Shown in pieces: positions 42,677-44,013 of a stretch of DNA of 44,013 nucleotides (positions within the stretch are counted from its first letter, which is position 1; every line of letters begins with the position of its first letter). The translations under genes were made by a program, and so were the position numbers. Source of the stretch: an uncultured Methanomassiliicoccales archaeon (GTDB taxonomy: Archaea > Thermoplasmatota > Thermoplasmata > Methanomassiliicoccales > JAAEEP01); assembly GCA_964594225.1 (NCBI GenBank), contig CAZQLP010000003.1:1-44013 (forward strand). Reading direction: 5' to 3'. Under the pieces are notes generated by a model, which searched no databases, was not told where the DNA came from, and saw only the letters and a program-made list of their open reading frames with translations.

Positions 42677-43789
42677 TCATATCACCATCATATCCTTGGA
42701 CGCCGTGGTCAACACCTCGCATCCATCCTTCGTGATCCGTACATCATCCTCGATCCTCACACCGCCCTCGCCTGGGATGTACACCCCCGGCTCCACGGTC
42801 AGGATCATGTTCTCCTCCAGGACCATGTCCGTGACGGGGCTCAGACTTCCTCCATCGTGTACCGACAACCCAATACCATGACCAAGGGAATGGATGAACC
42901 TTCCTTCGAATTCCGTGGAATCGATGAACTCCCTGGTGACGGCATCCACTTCCTTCGCGGGCATGCCCGCCCTCATCCTGGAGACGGCGATCTCGTTGGC
43001 CTCCCTCACCACCTCGTACATCCGCTCCTGCCTCTCGCTGACTCCCCTGGCGAAGAAGGTCCTGGTGATATCCGAGCAGTACTTCCTGTATACGGCACCA
43101 AAATCGAACAGCGCCGTCTCCCCCCTTCCGAGGAACTTACTCCCGATCGTATAGTGAGGTTCTGCCGAGTTCTCTCCGAAGGCAGCGATGGTGTCGAAGC
43201 TCGTCCCGCTGGCACCAAACCTCTGCATCCTGAACGATATCTCGGCCGCTGCCTCGCTCTCTGACATCCCCTCCTTGAGGAAGTTGGGTATGTCATCCGC
43301 CACCAGGGAGGCGATCCTGCACGCTTCCCTCAACCGGTCCAGCTCCTGGGGGTCCTTGATCAGCCTCGCCCTCTCGATCGCCTTGCTGACGTTGACGTCC
43401 TCGGCGTCCAGGCACGCGTCCTTCAGCATCTTGAGGTTGCCGTACGTGAGGGCGGAGTCGTTCACACCCATCCTCCGCACTCCAGAAAGGTGCTCCTTCA
43501 GGAGGTCGGTCCTTTTATCAGGGGCCTTGAATGTCGTGACCTCGGCGTCCAACTTCCTGGCGCTGGTCTCCTCCAGCTCGCTCACTATGATGTCGAGGCC
43601 GCCGTCCGGCCAGAGGATGGCGGTGCAGCCCTCAAATATCCCGGATTCCGCACCGGTCGCATAGAAGAATGAGAGGTCGATATTCGGTTCCGTCCCGTTC
43701 ATGAGGACGATGGCATCAACCTCTTCGTCAAGTCTTGAGTAGATATCTTTGACCCGGCTCCTCATCGAATCACTGGTCAGAAAAGGCAT
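42677..43789 (-). CDS. M24-family Xaa-Pro aminopeptidase/dipeptidase
   Basis: FDFGAVYRKYCSDITRT, HSLGHGIGLSVHD, EPGVYIPGEGGVRIED. Confidence 0.85.
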   Translation of the reverse strand: MPFLTSDSMRSRVKDIYSRLDEEVDAIVLMNGTEPNIDLSFFYATGAESGIFEGCTAILWPDGGLDIIVSELEETSARKLDAEVTTFKAPDKRTDLLKEHLSGVRRMGVNDSALTYGNLKMLKDACLDAEDVNVSKAIERARLIKDPQELDRLREACRIASLVADDIPNFLKEGMSESEAAAEISFRMQRFGASGTSFDTIAAFGENSAEPHYTIGSKFLGRGETALFDFGAVYRKYCSDITRTFFARGVSERQERMYEVVREANEIAVSRMRAGMPAKEVDAVTREFIDSTEFEGRFIHSLGHGIGLSVHDGGSLSPVTDMVLEENMILTVEPGVYIPGEGGVRIEDDVRITKDGCEVLTTASKDMMVI

Positions 43790-43819
43790 TACATTGGATA
43801 TAACAGGTAGCTGATCTAC

Positions 43820-44013
43820 TCAGATGCCTATCCAAACGTTGGAAGCGATGCGCTTGATCGCCGCCACCGCCGAGAGGGCGGCCAAGAAGCTTGTGGATGG
43901 CGTCCTGGGTGATGGGAGATTCTTTGTCTCCGCCCTCAGCTCACCGAACTCCCCCTTCACGATGACCTCGTGCTGGTTGCTCTCCACGTTGGGGTCACAG
44001 ATTATCACCACCT
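43820..44013 (-). CDS. nadX: Probable L-aspartate dehydrogenase (NadX-like), C-terminal fragment; the 5' end is outside the window
   Basis: The C-terminal 63 aa read NQHEVIVKGEFGELRAETKNLPSPRTPSTSFLAALSAVAAIKRI. This resembles the NadX C-terminus (N-x-P-x-x-N/T-P-x-T-S-x-L-A-A-x-S). The apparent start at 44011 is just the window edge. Confidence 0.55.
   Translation of the reverse strand, partial: VVIICDPNVESNQHEVIVKGEFGELRAETKNLPSPRTPSTSFLAALSAVAAIKRIASNVWIGI

Noticed and set aside
1-44013. Searched by eye for a CRISPR array, tRNA, rRNA, IS element or integrase, long direct or inverted repeats, and in-frame TGA/TAG recoding (Sec/Pyl)
   Set aside because: No spaced identical repeats, no tRNA-like cloverleaf candidates in intergenic regions, and no transposase or integrase motifs. 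No adjacent same-frame ORF pairs are separated by a single stop. TAG is used freely as a normal stop (uxaA large subunit, FAD oxidoreductase, radical SAM gene, nth-like gene, lysC, MFS). A proper tRNAscan, Infernal and repeat-finder run is still needed for certainty.

Overview
The window is a gene-dense (about 90% coding), roughly 58% GC archaeal chromosomal segment. The lineage is probably a Thermoplasmata-type euryarchaeon. Evidence for that: a type II archaeal GAPDH, an A24 prepilin/preflagellin peptidase, a DUF2116 zinc-ribbon protein, BRE/TATA-like AT boxes, and an AGT-EndoV fusion of the kind described from Ferroplasma. All identifications come from reading motifs in the translations; no database search was possible.

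Content is almost entirely housekeeping or accessory metabolism:
- A complete DapL-type lysine operon headed by an Lrp regulator (lrp-dapA-dapB-lysC-lysA-dapF-dapL).
- ilvB, a short ilvN and ilvC.
- A co-directional archaeal gap (type II), bacterial-type gap (type I) and pgk cluster.
- cysK, folP, thiL and panE.
- An M24-tldD-pmbA peptidase operon, an MscS channel and an MFS transporter.
- Two PFL-activase-like radical SAM enzymes, one of the AmmeMemoRadiSam type.

I found no rRNA, tRNA, CRISPR array, IS element, integrase or recognisable defence system.

The most unusual items are:
1. Two LarA-type (nickel-pincer cofactor) paralogs in non-canonical contexts. One sits directly upstream of a split UxaA/GarD-type sugar-acid dehydratase. 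The other is translationally coupled, through a 56-aa Cys-containing micro-ORF, to an N-terminally extended dihydropteroate synthase.
2. A 642+ aa papain-like cysteine peptidase with Ig-like repeats at the left edge. It is absent from the supplied ORF track because it has no stop inside the window.
3. A heavily eroded M20 (ArgE/DapE-like) deacylase relic after cysK.
4. Nested palindromes of the Lrp/FFRP 13-bp type over the lysine-operon promoter.

I do not see a clear-cut new multi-gene system. The LarA-centred modules are the best candidates for undescribed biochemistry.
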